Assembly: GCA_964609665.1 (NCBI GenBank)
Contig: CAZSTV010000001.1
Span: forward strand, 34,733 to 81,914
Reading direction: 5' to 3'
Origin: an uncultured Acidimicrobiaceae bacterium
Lineage (GTDB): Bacteria > Actinomycetota > Acidimicrobiia > Acidimicrobiales > SZUA-35
DNA length: 47,182 nt
In this document: positions 35,021 to 44,826 of the stretch, piece after piece
How the letters are laid out: each line of letters begins with the position of its first letter
Position numbering within the stretch: the stretch's first letter is position 1
The notes under the pieces: generated by a model
What the model was told of the DNA's origin: nothing
Databases searched by the model: none
The model's input: only the letters and a program-made list of their open reading frames with translations
Translations under genes and position numbers: made by a program

Positions 35021-36064
35021 CTAGTTGAGGGTCGCCTCTCCCGTGGGGAATGCCGGGCCCTGGCCGAGGATGATGGCCTCATGGTCGCCGATACCGGCGG
35101 GAACCTCGGCGGCCAGCGGCTTGAAGGCGAACGGTGCGGGGCTGTCATCGTCCTCAGGCTCGATGCTGATAACAACGGTTGCACCGGTGAGGTCGGTGGG
35201 GAACGTCACACCGTCAGGTGCGTTGATGATGAAGTCCTCGCCGGGGTATGCGGGGCCGCTGGCGTCGGTGCCGGAGAAGCCGTCGAAGTCATCGGCCGCA
35301 CCAGGGTCGGTGAAGCGGCCGGTGCTGAGCGGCTGCCCGTCGACGACGGCCCAGCCTTCGTATACCCAGCCAGCCGGGAGCTCTGGCAGTTCAAGGCCGG
35401 CTCGTGTTGGGCTTAGCTTGATGAACCACACGCCTGAGAGCTCGTCATCGGTGGTGGCTGAGGTCGGGGTTGCAAGTACGAACTCACCTGCGGCGGTCGA
35501 GAAGTCGTTCCCGAGCGCTGCCGGATGGCCAACGGTGAGCGCCGCCGCTCCGTCGACCACATCTCCGGCGAGGACATGAGCGTCGGCGGGCGCAGGGTCA
35601 TCGCCCTCGGCCGGTTCGATGGTCAATACGAAAGCGGTGGCCGTGCTGACATCGGTCACGAGCGACTGGGAGTGGAAGGTCTGCGTGCCGTCGGCATCGA
35701 GGCTGAAGCGTCCGGTACTGATGGGCGCATCGTCGATCACGACCCAACCCTCATAGACGAAACCTTCGCCCAGTGGCTCGAGTCCTTCGAAGCTCACTTC
35801 GACGGGGCTGTAGTCCGCGTCCTCCATGGCGTCATCTTCCATGGCGTCCTCGTCTTCCATGGCGTCTTCGTCTTCCATGGCGTCGTCTTCCATGGCTTCT
35901 TCGTCTTCCATCGCCTCGTCATCGATGGCGCTGGCGACTTCCTCGGTTTGGGGTTCGTCGGCCGCCGTCGTGGACTCACTGTCGTCCGCGCCACACGCAG
36001 CGGCGAGCAATGAGAGTGCCAGAACGAGGCTGGCCGCCTTGGGGAGTTTCGATCGCTTCAACAT
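35021..36064 (-). CDS. Lipoprotein with a Met/Asp/Glu repeat region and two anti-sigma-K RskA C-terminal-like domains
   Basis: Lipobox LLAAAC-GA. Repeats of the form (A-M-E-D-D/E)n. Two paralogous modules, GFVYEGWVVIDDAPISTGRF and GWVYEGWAVVDGQPLSTGRF, resemble the RskA extracytoplasmic domain. Confidence 0.6.
   Translation of the reverse strand: MLKRSKLPKAASLVLALSLLAAACGADDSESTTAADEPQTEEVASAIDDEAMEDEEAMEDDAMEDEDAMEDEDAMEDDAMEDADYSPVEVSFEGLEPLGEGFVYEGWVVIDDAPISTGRFSLDADGTQTFHSQSLVTDVSTATAFVLTIEPAEGDDPAPADAHVLAGDVVDGAAALTVGHPAALGNDFSTAAGEFVLATPTSATTDDELSGVWFIKLSPTRAGLELPELPAGWVYEGWAVVDGQPLSTGRFTDPGAADDFDGFSGTDASGPAYPGEDFIINAPDGVTFPTDLTGATVVISIEPEDDDSPAPFAFKPLAAEVPAGIGDHEAIILGQGPAFPTGEATLN
35813..35923 (-). 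repeat. Coding tandem repeats (15/18-nt units) encoding DDEAMEDEEAMEDDAMEDEDAMEDEDAMEDDAMEDAD
   Basis: The unit CCATGGCGTC(N)TCTTC recurs on the plus strand, with period 15 or 18 nt, in frame. Confidence 0.85.
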
Positions 36065-36216
36065 CGGAGGGATCTTGCCTTTCGCAGTTCTTGAGGGAGT
36101 GTTGTTTCTGCTGGGAAGGAAATGCACAGGCGCGCCAAGAAATGCCCGAACCGTCACCGCTTAAGCGGCTGTTCAGAATTCCCCGGTGTCAGGCCCGGCC
36201 CGGTAGGTCGCGTGGC

Positions 36217-37101
36217 CTAGCCGGGCGACGACGCGGCAAGCAGATCGTGGATGATCTTCGTGGTTGGCACGTCGGTGCCGAACTCGGCGGCCTTGCGGAG
36301 CACCGCTCCATGGATGGCGTCGTGCTCGGTCCCTCGGCCCGCTTCGCGGTCATGTTGCATCGAGGTTCGACCCTCGGCGTTCTTGGCGATCTGCGACACC
36401 ATCTTTGGCACGGAGTCGATGTCGAGGTCCACGCCTGCAGCCCGGCCCGTGGTCCAGCACTCGGTCAACAGCGCCGTGGCGATGTCACCAATTCCGTCCT
36501 CGGAGAGCACTCCGGACGGCTGACCGGTCAGGCCGGTGAGACCGTTTACTGCGGAGTTGATACCGAGCTTGACCCACGCGGAGCGGTCGAACCCGGCGGA
36601 CGGGTCGATGGTGAGTGGCGTATCTGCGCACAGCTCCTGTAGCCGGACCCCGTCTGCGCCTTCGGCCACGATGAGCCGGGCGGAGCGGTCATGGCGGATG
36701 TGGCCGGGCGCAAGCAACTCGGCGCCGCAGTACACAACGCTGGACAGGACGGCTGCCCCATTGGCGTGGGGGTTCAACCGCTCCCGACCTTCAATGCCGT
36801 TCTGCATGACAACAAGGAGAGTTTCGGGACCACAGAGTGGAGCGAACCAGTGGGCGGCCCCTTCGGTGTGCTGAGCCTTCACCCCGACGAGCACCACGTC
36901 GGCCGGGCTGTCCCAACCGAGATCATCGGGTGAGGTGACCGCACGGGCCGCCCCCTCAAACGGAAGCTCCGGCGACTCAACCCGGTACTGGTCAAACGGC
37001 CGCCGAACACAAGCGACGACGTCATGGACCGCTGACAGGTGGGCGGCAAAGACGCCCCCGACCGCTCCGACCCCAACCACTGCAACCCGTTGTGCGCTCA
37101 T
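36217..37101 (-). CDS. panE: 2-dehydropantoate 2-reductase (ApbA/PanE family)
   Basis: VAVVGVGAVGGVFAAHL Rossmann motif follows ATG 37101. The C-terminal helical domain contains SMQHDREAGRGTEHDAIHG (the conserved K/E/D region of PanE-type enzymes). Confidence 0.75.
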   Translation of the reverse strand: MSAQRVAVVGVGAVGGVFAAHLSAVHDVVACVRRPFDQYRVESPELPFEGAARAVTSPDDLGWDSPADVVLVGVKAQHTEGAAHWFAPLCGPETLLVVMQNGIEGRERLNPHANGAAVLSSVVYCGAELLAPGHIRHDRSARLIVAEGADGVRLQELCADTPLTIDPSAGFDRSAWVKLGINSAVNGLTGLTGQPSGVLSEDGIGDIATALLTECWTTGRAAGVDLDIDSVPKMVSQIAKNAEGRTSMQHDREAGRGTEHDAIHGAVLRKAAEFGTDVPTTKIIHDLLAASSPG

Positions 37102-37126
37102 GACCGACAGTCTATGGACGGACCGT

Positions 37127-37203
37127 CGGCGCAACCTATTGGCGGGCCTTCGGCGCAACCTATTGGCGGGCCTTCGGCGCAACCTATTGGCGGGCCTTCG
37201 GCC
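37127..37203. repeat. 24-bp tandem repeat, about 3.2 copies
   Basis: CGGCGCAACCTATTGGCGGGCCTT occurs at 37127-37150, 37151-37174 and 37175-37198 as three identical copies, followed by a partial CGGCC. It lies in the 146-bp divergent gap between panE and the LLM gene. Confidence 0.95.
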
Positions 37204-37247
37204 CGACGAACTGTTGCACGACGAGGGGCCGGATTAGAGTTCGGAAC

Positions 37248-38363
37248 ATGCCGCTACAGGTCGTCGGGATGATCGGGGTTGCTCCGCCACCGGACGATGC
37301 AACGGTGCACATCATCGATGGTGGCGTGCGCCCGGAGTATCTGGTCGAGTTCAGCCAGGCCCACGACCGAGCCGGGTTCGACCTTGTCCTCGTCGGCTAC
37401 ACCTCAACCTCGGCCGACGGGTGGTCCGTGGCCACCCACGCCGCGGCAAACACCGAATCGGTCGGCTACCTCATCGCACACCGTCCCGGATTTGTTGCGC
37501 CCACCCTCGCTGCACGCAAAGCGGCCACGTTTGACCGGATGAGTAGCGGTCGCTTTGCACTGCACATCATTGCCGGGGCCAGCGACCGTGACCAACAACG
37601 CGACGGTGACTACCTCGCCAAGGCGGACCGCTACGCCCGGGCTGGCGAGTACCTGGAGGTGATGCGCAAGACCTGGACCGCCACCGAACCATTTGATCAC
37701 GAGGGTCCCTTCTACCGGATGACCGACGTGCGTTCCGATGTGCACCCACTGCAGCAGCCCTCTCCCCCGGTGTTCTTCGGCGGTTCATCGCCCGAGGCGT
37801 TGGCGATGGGAGCAGAACACTGCGACGTCTACGCCGTCTTTGGTGAGCCGCTGGCGGCCACCGCCGAACGGTTTGCCGACTTCCGGCACCGGGCCGCGGC
37901 GTTCGGGCGGACCCCAACCTTCTCCATGAGCTTCCGCCCCATCCTCGGCCGAACCGAGGGCGAGGCATGGGACCGTGCTCACAAGATTCTGGCGGCCATC
38001 GAGGGCGACGGCTCCAAGCGGTCAAGCCGGCTCAGCGGCGGCGGCCCAAAGCCATACGACCACAGCGGGGAACGGATGCTGGCCCACGCTGCTGCGGCAG
38101 ACGTGCACGACGAACGGCTGTGGTTGAAAGTGGCCGAAGCAACCGGGGCGCCCGGAAACACCTCGTGCCTTGTCGGCACCGCCGAGCAGGTGGCAGACGC
38201 CCTCCTCAAGTACTACGAGCTTGGTGACCTCGGCTACGTGCTGCTTCGCGGCTTCGACCCGCTAGCGGATGCCAAGGAGTTTGGCGAGGAGTTGATTCCT
38301 CGGGTCAAGGCCGGAGCGCTGGCAATTGACGCCGGCTCAATTGCGTCCGCGGGTTCCCGGTAG
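37248..38363 (+). CDS. LLM-class flavin-dependent monooxygenase (SsuD/SfnG-like)
   Basis: FDLVLVGYTS, GYLIAHRPGFVAPTLAARKAATFDRMSSGRFALHIIAG and DYLAKADRYARAGEYLEVMRKTW are typical of the alkanesulfonate/dimethylsulfone monooxygenase branch of LLM enzymes. Confidence 0.75.
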   Translation: MPLQVVGMIGVAPPPDDATVHIIDGGVRPEYLVEFSQAHDRAGFDLVLVGYTSTSADGWSVATHAAANTESVGYLIAHRPGFVAPTLAARKAATFDRMSSGRFALHIIAGASDRDQQRDGDYLAKADRYARAGEYLEVMRKTWTATEPFDHEGPFYRMTDVRSDVHPLQQPSPPVFFGGSSPEALAMGAEHCDVYAVFGEPLAATAERFADFRHRAAAFGRTPTFSMSFRPILGRTEGEAWDRAHKILAAIEGDGSKRSSRLSGGGPKPYDHSGERMLAHAAAADVHDERLWLKVAEATGAPGNTSCLVGTAEQVADALLKYYELGDLGYVLLRGFDPLADAKEFGEELIPRVKAGALAIDAGSIASAGSR

Positions 38364-38375
38364 CAGACTCTGGCC

Positions 38376-39314
38376 GTGGCAAACGCAGACAAACTCGGGG
38401 TGCGATGGGGCTTAGCGGGCGGCGTGGCCCTCTCCACAATCGACGAGGTGAGACGGGCTGCGACCTGGGCATCCGACGTCGGGTTCGACGGCTTCTGGAT
38501 TTCCCAGGCCAACGCGGTCGACCCCATCGTGGCACTGGCCGCTGTCGCCGACGATGTCAGCGGACTCTCCGAGGTCGGCACGTCGGTTGTCCCGCTCTAT
38601 GGCAGGCATCCGCTCGGCCTGGCCCAGATGGTTCGCACCGCCCAGTCGGCCCTCGGCGGCCGGTTGACCCTGGGCATCGGGCCGTCCCATCGGGGGCCCG
38701 TCGAGGATTCAATGGGTCTGGCCTGGGATCGGCCATTCGGCTACACCACCGAGTTTCTTGATGGCCTCGAGCCGCTGCTCGCAGGTCAGGCAGCGGCGGC
38801 GGTTGGCGAACAGCTCACCACCAGAGCGGAGCTGAACATAGCGGCTCCCGACACCTCTATTCTCCTGGCTGCGCTCGGCCCTCGGATGTTGCGCCTCGCC
38901 GGACAGCGGACAGCGGGAACCACCGTCGGCCAATGTGGCCCCAAGACGATCAGCGCCCACATTGCGCCATTGATCAACGAAGCAGCAGCCGAAGCGGGAC
39001 GAGAGGCACCGCGCATCATGGCGCTGATCCGGCTGTGCGTCACCGACGATCACGCCGGCGCGTTCGCGCTGGCCCAAGAAGTCGGCGCCCGCTATGCGCA
39101 GTGGCCGTCGTACGCCGCGGTGTTGGAGAAGGAGGAGCTCGACCAACCGGGAGAGCTTCACCTCATCGGCTCGGCAGCCCAGGTGCTGGACGGTCTTGGC
39201 CGCTACGCCGAGGCCGGCGTCACCGACTTTCGCCTCGAGGTGGCGGCCCACAATGAAGCCGCGGCCGAATCGAGCAGGGCGGCCCTGGCCGACTACTTGG
39301 CCGCGCCTTCCTAG
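38376..39314 (+). CDS. LLM-class (probably F420-dependent) oxidoreductase
   Basis: VRWGLAGG..ASDVGFDGFWISQA and GGRLTLGIGPSH are LLM motifs. GTG start. Confidence 0.75.
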   Translation: MANADKLGVRWGLAGGVALSTIDEVRRAATWASDVGFDGFWISQANAVDPIVALAAVADDVSGLSEVGTSVVPLYGRHPLGLAQMVRTAQSALGGRLTLGIGPSHRGPVEDSMGLAWDRPFGYTTEFLDGLEPLLAGQAAAAVGEQLTTRAELNIAAPDTSILLAALGPRMLRLAGQRTAGTTVGQCGPKTISAHIAPLINEAAAEAGREAPRIMALIRLCVTDDHAGAFALAQEVGARYAQWPSYAAVLEKEELDQPGELHLIGSAAQVLDGLGRYAEAGVTDFRLEVAAHNEAAAESSRAALADYLAAPS

Positions 39315-40216
39315 CCGGTTCGCTCCAGCGTTGTCATCACATGTTGGTTTGCCGCTTCGGCGTCCACGGTGACCGCCGCAGTTACGTTCGCTGCGCCGTC
39401 AACAACCGTCGTCACGCCAGCGTCGTCCACCTCGATGCATTGATCGGCGAACCCGCACAGTCCTGGCTCAGCAAGCACCGCCACCGTCAGCGGATCATGT
39501 AGCGCGACAAGCGGGTGTTCAACACCAAGCTCGTCGCTCTGGGCCACCAGCCACCGTTCACACAGCAGCGCTAACGCTCGGTTGAGCGGGTCACCCGTTG
39601 CCAACCGTTCGATGTCGGGCCGATGCAGACGGGTCTGGAAAGTCACGTCGGCCGGGATCACCGTCATTGTGTCGCGAGCGCCACCGACAACGTGTTGCAC
39701 CGACACCGGGTCGCAGTGCCAGTTCCATTCGCCGACATGATCTGACATGCCTGGCAGTTCGTCCTTGGTCAGCCGGCCCCCCATTACCGTCAGCGGCGGC
39801 AGTGAAACACCGGCGGCGGCCAGCGCTCCGAGGTTGGTCATTGGGCCGATGGCCACGACCATGTCCGGCGCCGAGCGATCCAGTTCGGCCGCCAACGCCT
39901 CGATCCGCTGCGGCGCCCCAGACTCCTCCCGCTGAATTCGGACCGGATCGGCGTCGGCGAGCAGACCGTCGCCCTCGTGGCCGAACATGAGGCCATGGCG
40001 GCGGTCGGTCAGCGGCACCGCCATCCCGGTCAGCACCGGGACCGATTCGACGCCGGCCAGCCTCAGCAACTCGGTGGCGATGCGGCCCCGGACCGACAGG
40101 TCGCCGAACACGGTGGATATGCCGACCAGTTCCAGGTCGGGGTGTTTGAGCAGGTATCCCAACGCCAGGGCGTCGTCGACGTCGCTTCCGATGTCGGTGT
40201 CCAGCCAGATCCGCAT
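39311..40216 (-). CDS. Nucleoside hydrolase (inosine/uridine-preferring, IUNH family)
   Basis: MRIWLDTDIGSDVDDALALGYLL carries the DxDxxxDD calcium/ribose-binding signature. ATG 40216. Confidence 0.85.
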   Translation of the reverse strand: MRIWLDTDIGSDVDDALALGYLLKHPDLELVGISTVFGDLSVRGRIATELLRLAGVESVPVLTGMAVPLTDRRHGLMFGHEGDGLLADADPVRIQREESGAPQRIEALAAELDRSAPDMVVAIGPMTNLGALAAAGVSLPPLTVMGGRLTKDELPGMSDHVGEWNWHCDPVSVQHVVGGARDTMTVIPADVTFQTRLHRPDIERLATGDPLNRALALLCERWLVAQSDELGVEHPLVALHDPLTVAVLAEPGLCGFADQCIEVDDAGVTTVVDGAANVTAAVTVDAEAANQHVMTTLERTG

Positions 40217-40298
40217 GCAACGAACAGTACGCACCCACGCCGCAGGTGGACAACATCGGCTTTCGTTTGCCGCTTCCTTCTGCACTAAGTTCGGGCCC

Positions 40299-41141
40299 GT
40301 GGACGCTGTCAGCTCCAACGTGATCGAGCGTTTCGCCGAGGACGGCTATGTCATCACGGACAACATGCTGTCCGCAGACGACGTTGACGCGTTCGCCGCC
40401 CCCATCGATGCCGGGGTTGCCGCTCGCACGGCGGGCGACGACCGATCGGTAGCCGAAAAGGACACCTACGAGCAGTCCTTCATCCAATGCATGCGCCTGT
40501 GGGAAACCGACCCGGACGTAGCGCCACTGACATTCCACCCCAAACTCGCCGAAACGGCGGCGCGGCTACTCGGCGTTGCTTCCGTGCGGCTGTGGCAAGA
40601 TCAAGCGCTGTACAAAGAGCCGGGAGGCCGTATTACCGACCCCCACCAGGACGCAACGTTTTGGCCCGTCGGTGAGGCGCCGATGATCTCGGCCTGGATA
40701 CCGCTCGATGGTTCGACCATCAACGGTGGCGCCATGGGCTACGTTGCCGGGTCTCACCGGGCCGGACCGCTGCGAACGGTCAACATCATGCACACCAGCG
40801 AGGTCTACAACATCCTGGATGACCCGGCATTACATGGCCGCCAACCGACATACGTCGAGGCGCCAAAGGGCTCGGTCGTCTGGCATCACGGCTTCACCGT
40901 CCACACCGCTGGCCCCAACCGCACCGATGCCACGAGGCGGGCGTTCACCATCGTGTACCTGGCCGATGGCTACCGGCGGACGAAACCGTGGCCGAACTTT
41001 CCACTCGACCGGGCAGGCGTCGAGGTCGGCGAACTGATGGAAGGCGATGGGCTACCAATGGTGTGGCCACCGTCGAGTGACCGACTGCCCGAGCCGCCAG
41101 CGGTGATCGGCGAGCCGACGGGACCGCAGAGCGGATCGTGA
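40299..41141 (+). CDS. Phytanoyl-CoA dioxygenase (PhyH) family Fe(II)/2-oxoglutarate oxygenase
   Basis: RFAEDGYVITDNMLS, the HxD facial triad in TDPHQDATFWP, the distal His in WHHGFTVHTAGPN, and RRAF. The GTG start is at 40299 or 40320. Confidence 0.75.
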   Translation: MDAVSSNVIERFAEDGYVITDNMLSADDVDAFAAPIDAGVAARTAGDDRSVAEKDTYEQSFIQCMRLWETDPDVAPLTFHPKLAETAARLLGVASVRLWQDQALYKEPGGRITDPHQDATFWPVGEAPMISAWIPLDGSTINGGAMGYVAGSHRAGPLRTVNIMHTSEVYNILDDPALHGRQPTYVEAPKGSVVWHHGFTVHTAGPNRTDATRRAFTIVYLADGYRRTKPWPNFPLDRAGVEVGELMEGDGLPMVWPPSSDRLPEPPAVIGEPTGPQSGS

Positions 41142-42586
41142 GCGTTCCCCAAAGCAACGACGCCCGAAAGCCGCCAAACGTGGTTGTGCTGTTTCCCGAT
41201 CAACTCCGGGCAGCGTCGCTTCCGCTCTACGGTGAGCGAAACATCGAGACGCCCAACATCGACCGTCTGGCCAACGACGGTGTTCGCCTCACCAACGCCA
41301 TCTCAAACTGCCCGGTGTGTACGCCGGCCAGAGCGATGCTTGTCACCGGACGCCACCCTCAGACCACGGGTCACCTGATCAACACCACCCGGACCAGGCA
41401 CTCGGAGATTTCGATCGCCGATGCCTTTGCCAACCAGGGCTACCGCACGGCGTGGGTCGGCAAGTGGCACCTTCACACCGGACTGTGGCCTGCGCTCGAC
41501 CGAATGCCGCAACAGCCGGACTGGGTGCCGGAAGGTCGCGATCGTCTCGGCTTTGAGTATTGGCGGGCCTACAACCAACACATGGTCTATTTCGACGGGT
41601 TCGTGCAGTCGGGAGACTGGAACTACGAGCGGTGGAACGGCTACGAAACCGACGGTCTGGCCGACTATGCGTTCGAGTTCATGGACACGCCAAGCGACGA
41701 TCCATTCCTGCTGTTCCTCTCGCCCCACCCGCCTCACTACACCCCGTTCGATTTCGCTCCTGAGGATTGCTACGAGGGGCTACCGGAGGTGTTCGAATTC
41801 CCCGACAACGTCGGATCCCGGTGGGCGGAAGAAACTCAGGAGATGTACCGCCACTACCTGGCCATGATCCGGGCCGTGGACAAGATGGTTGGCAAGGTCC
41901 TCGACTACCTCGATCGCCGTGGCCTGGCGGAGGACACGATTGTTCTGCTGGCGTCTGACCATGGCACCCAGGGCGGCGCCCACGACGTTCACCCGTGGCA
42001 GAAGAAACATCCCTACGAGGAGTCGATTCGGATTCCCGGGATCGTGCGGTATCCGGGCGTGATCGAACCAAACACATTGAACGACGAGCTGTTCGGACTC
42101 CCCGACTTCTTTCCAACGCTGTGTGGCCTTGCCGGGGTGCCGGTGCCTCGCAGCGTCGAGGGCCACGATCTCTCAAACAGCTTGATGTCCGACGCGCTGG
42201 TCGGCCGACGGCCCCAGACCGCACAGGACGCGCTGCTGATCATGAACTTCTCGAAGTACTACGACTGGTTCGAGGACGGCGCCGAGTGGCGAGGGGTCCG
42301 GACAAAGCAGGCGACCTACACCGAGTGGCTCGACGGTCGAGTAGAGCTGTTTGACCTGGTCGAAGACCCACTGCAGCTCACCAACCTGGCCACCGATTCC
42401 CGCTATCGATCCATGCGCTCCGAGCACGAGGCCGCGCTTCGGGACCTCCAGGCCGTGCGTGGCGACGAGCTCGTTCCGTGCTCGGCATGGAAGCACTGGT
42501 TGGACGAACAGCGCAGGGTTGTCCGCAACGGCTATGGCGAGCTCAGCCACCCCGAGACCATCCCGGACTGGTCCCTGCTGAGATAG
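41138..42586 (+). CDS. Cys-type sulfatase (formylglycine-dependent arylsulfatase family)
   Basis: NVVVLFPDQLR, the signature CPVCTPARAMLVTGR (C-x-P-x-R), GKWHL and LLASDHG. GTGA overlap with the PhyH gene. Confidence 0.9.
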   Translation: MSVPQSNDARKPPNVVVLFPDQLRAASLPLYGERNIETPNIDRLANDGVRLTNAISNCPVCTPARAMLVTGRHPQTTGHLINTTRTRHSEISIADAFANQGYRTAWVGKWHLHTGLWPALDRMPQQPDWVPEGRDRLGFEYWRAYNQHMVYFDGFVQSGDWNYERWNGYETDGLADYAFEFMDTPSDDPFLLFLSPHPPHYTPFDFAPEDCYEGLPEVFEFPDNVGSRWAEETQEMYRHYLAMIRAVDKMVGKVLDYLDRRGLAEDTIVLLASDHGTQGGAHDVHPWQKKHPYEESIRIPGIVRYPGVIEPNTLNDELFGLPDFFPTLCGLAGVPVPRSVEGHDLSNSLMSDALVGRRPQTAQDALLIMNFSKYYDWFEDGAEWRGVRTKQATYTEWLDGRVELFDLVEDPLQLTNLATDSRYRSMRSEHEAALRDLQAVRGDELVPCSAWKHWLDEQRRVVRNGYGELSHPETIPDWSLLR

Positions 42587-42671
42587 CGGCGTTGGTGTCG
42601 ATCGGACAATCGAGGCGGTTCGTGCTGGCCGAAGTGGCCTCTCGGGTCGGCGAACCGTACAGTCTGGGTCC

Positions 42672-44756
42672 ATGACTGCACTAACCGAATCGGTCCATCT
42701 CGAAACCCAGGGCAACGTTGCGCTGGTCGTCGTCGACAATCCTCCGGTCAACGCCCTCAGCCACCACGTCCGGCAGGGCATTCTCGACGGCATCAACGCC
42801 GCCGTGGCCGACGACAATGTGAAAGCCATCGTCTTGACCTGTCGCGGTCGGACCTTCATCGCCGGCGCGGACATCAGCGAGTTTGGCAAGCCGCCCCAGG
42901 GGCCGGGGCTGGGCGACGTCCAGGCCGCCATGGAGGACAGCCCGAAGCCCATCGTCGCGGCGATTCACGGCACCGCGCTCGGCGGCGGGTTCGAGGTAGC
43001 GCTGTGTGCTCACTACCGGGTGTCGGTCGCGTCGGCGAAGTTCGGGTTCCCCGAGGTGAAGCTGGGTCTCCTTCCGGGAGCTGGCGGAACCCAGCGGGCA
43101 CCACGGGTCACCGGTGCGGCGAAGGCCTTGGAGATGGTGGCCAAGGGCGACCCGATCAGCGCCAAGGAGGCGCTTGCTGAGGGACTCATCGATGACATCG
43201 TTGACGACCACGAAGCGGGCGCGGTGGCGTTCGCCGAGCGGGCCGTTGCCGAGGGCATGCCGCTGAAGCGACTGCGGGACCTGCAGGACAAGGTCGAGGC
43301 AGACCGGGCGAACCCGGAAATCTTCGACGAGTTCCGCAAGTCGATCGCTCGCAAGAGCCGAGGTTTCCTCGCTCCCGAGTACAACATCCAGTGCATCGAG
43401 GCTGCGGTCAACCTGGATTTCGAAGCTGGCATCGCCAAAGAACGTGAGCTGTTCGGTGAGCTGATGAGTGGTACACAGTCCGCCGCGCAGCGCTACTACT
43501 TCTTTGCAGAGCGTGAGGCAGCAAAGGTGCCAGACGTTCCAAAGGACACCCCGCAGCTCGACATTCAAACCTGCGGCGTCCTCGGCGCAGGCACGATGGG
43601 CGGCGGCATCGCCATGAACTTCGCAAACGTCGGTATCCCCGTCACCATCGTGGAGCGCGACGAGGCATCGCTCGATCGCGGCATGGGGGTGATCAGGAAA
43701 AACTACGAGCGTTCCGCGTCACGAGGCAGCATCTCCTCCGATGATGTTGAGCAGCGGATGCAGTTGATTACGCCATCGCTCGACCGCGGTGACTTCGCCC
43801 AGTGCGACATGGTCATCGAGGCCGTGTTCGAGGACATGGAGTTGAAGAAGGAGATCTTCCGGGACCTCGACAAGATCTGTAAGCCCGACGCACTGCTCGC
43901 AACCAACACCTCGGCGCTCGACGTCAACGCCATCGCCGCAGTCACCTCGCGGCCCGAAAGCGTTATCGGGATGCACTTCTTCTCCCCCGCCAACGTGATG
44001 AAGTTGCTCGAAAACGTCCGAGGTGAGAAGACCTCCGATCAGGTCATCGCCACCACGATGGCCATTTCGAAACGAATCAACAAGATCCCCACCCTGGTCG
44101 GCGTGTGCCACGGCTTCGTCGGAAACCGGATGCTGTTCATGCGGGGCATCGAGGCCAACAAGATCATCCTTGAGGGCGCAACCCCAGCCCAGGTCGACAA
44201 GGTCATCTTCGACTTTGGATTCCCGATGGGCCCGTTCGCCATGAGCGACCTGGCCGGACTCGACATTGGCTGGAAAGAAGAAACCTCGACGTCGTCGACC
44301 GTTCGGGAACTGCTCTGCGAAAGCGGCCGTCGAGGTCAGAAGAACGGTCGTGGCTACTACACCTACGATCCCGAGACCCGGGCCTCTACGCCGGACCCCG
44401 AGGTCGAGCAGATGATTCGTGACTTTGGGGCGGCGCAGGGCATTGAGCAGCGTGAGGTGAGCGACCAGGAGGTACTGGAGCGCTGTCTGCTGCCAATGGT
44501 CAACGAGGGTGCCAAGATTCTTGACGAAGGCATCGCTATTCGAGCGAGCGACATCGATGTGGTGTGGGTAAACGGCTACGGCTGGCCGGTCTATACCGGC
44601 GGCCCGATGTTCTGGGCCGACACGCTCGGCATCGAGTCGGTTGTCGAGAAGATCAAGGGCTATCACGAGACTCTTGGTGGCGATCACTGGGCCCCGGCAG
44701 ATCGCTGGAGCGATGTGTTGGCCAGCGGCAAGGCACTGCACACCGCAACCAGCTGA
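42672..44756 (+). CDS. Bifunctional enoyl-CoA hydratase / 3-hydroxyacyl-CoA dehydrogenase (FadB/FadJ-like)
   Basis: N-terminal crotonase domain ([38 protein letters not shown]) followed by the NAD-binding [17 protein letters not shown] and 3HCDH C-terminal repeats. Confidence 0.9.
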   Translation: MTALTESVHLETQGNVALVVVDNPPVNALSHHVRQGILDGINAAVADDNVKAIVLTCRGRTFIAGADISEFGKPPQGPGLGDVQAAMEDSPKPIVAAIHGTALGGGFEVALCAHYRVSVASAKFGFPEVKLGLLPGAGGTQRAPRVTGAAKALEMVAKGDPISAKEALAEGLIDDIVDDHEAGAVAFAERAVAEGMPLKRLRDLQDKVEADRANPEIFDEFRKSIARKSRGFLAPEYNIQCIEAAVNLDFEAGIAKERELFGELMSGTQSAAQRYYFFAEREAAKVPDVPKDTPQLDIQTCGVLGAGTMGGGIAMNFANVGIPVTIVERDEASLDRGMGVIRKNYERSASRGSISSDDVEQRMQLITPSLDRGDFAQCDMVIEAVFEDMELKKEIFRDLDKICKPDALLATNTSALDVNAIAAVTSRPESVIGMHFFSPANVMKLLENVRGEKTSDQVIATTMAISKRINKIPTLVGVCHGFVGNRMLFMRGIEANKIILEGATPAQVDKVIFDFGFPMGPFAMSDLAGLDIGWKEETSTSSTVRELLCESGRRGQKNGRGYYTYDPETRASTPDPEVEQMIRDFGAAQGIEQREVSDQEVLERCLLPMVNEGAKILDEGIAIRASDIDVVWVNGYGWPVYTGGPMFWADTLGIESVVEKIKGYHETLGGDHWAPADRWSDVLASGKALHTATS

Positions 44757-44790
44757 GGCGGTTTCTGAGGCCGCCACCGTTGTGATGTAT

Positions 44791-44826
44791 CCGGACTGGG
44801 CCAGTGGCCTAGTCCGGGTGCGTTTT
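44791..44826 (+). terminator. Intrinsic terminator after the fadB-like gene
   Basis: CCGGACTGGGCC-AGT-GGCCTAGTCCGG forms a 12-bp stem (one G-T pair) with a 3-nt loop at 44791-44817. It is followed by GTGCGTTTTAGGG, with TTTT at 44823-44826. Confidence 0.7.

Noticed and set aside
37102-37182. N-terminal extension of PanE through the 24-bp repeats (RRRPANRL repeats)
   Set aside because: The Rossmann GxGxxG motif starts immediately after ATG 37101. The extension is simply the repeat array read in frame.
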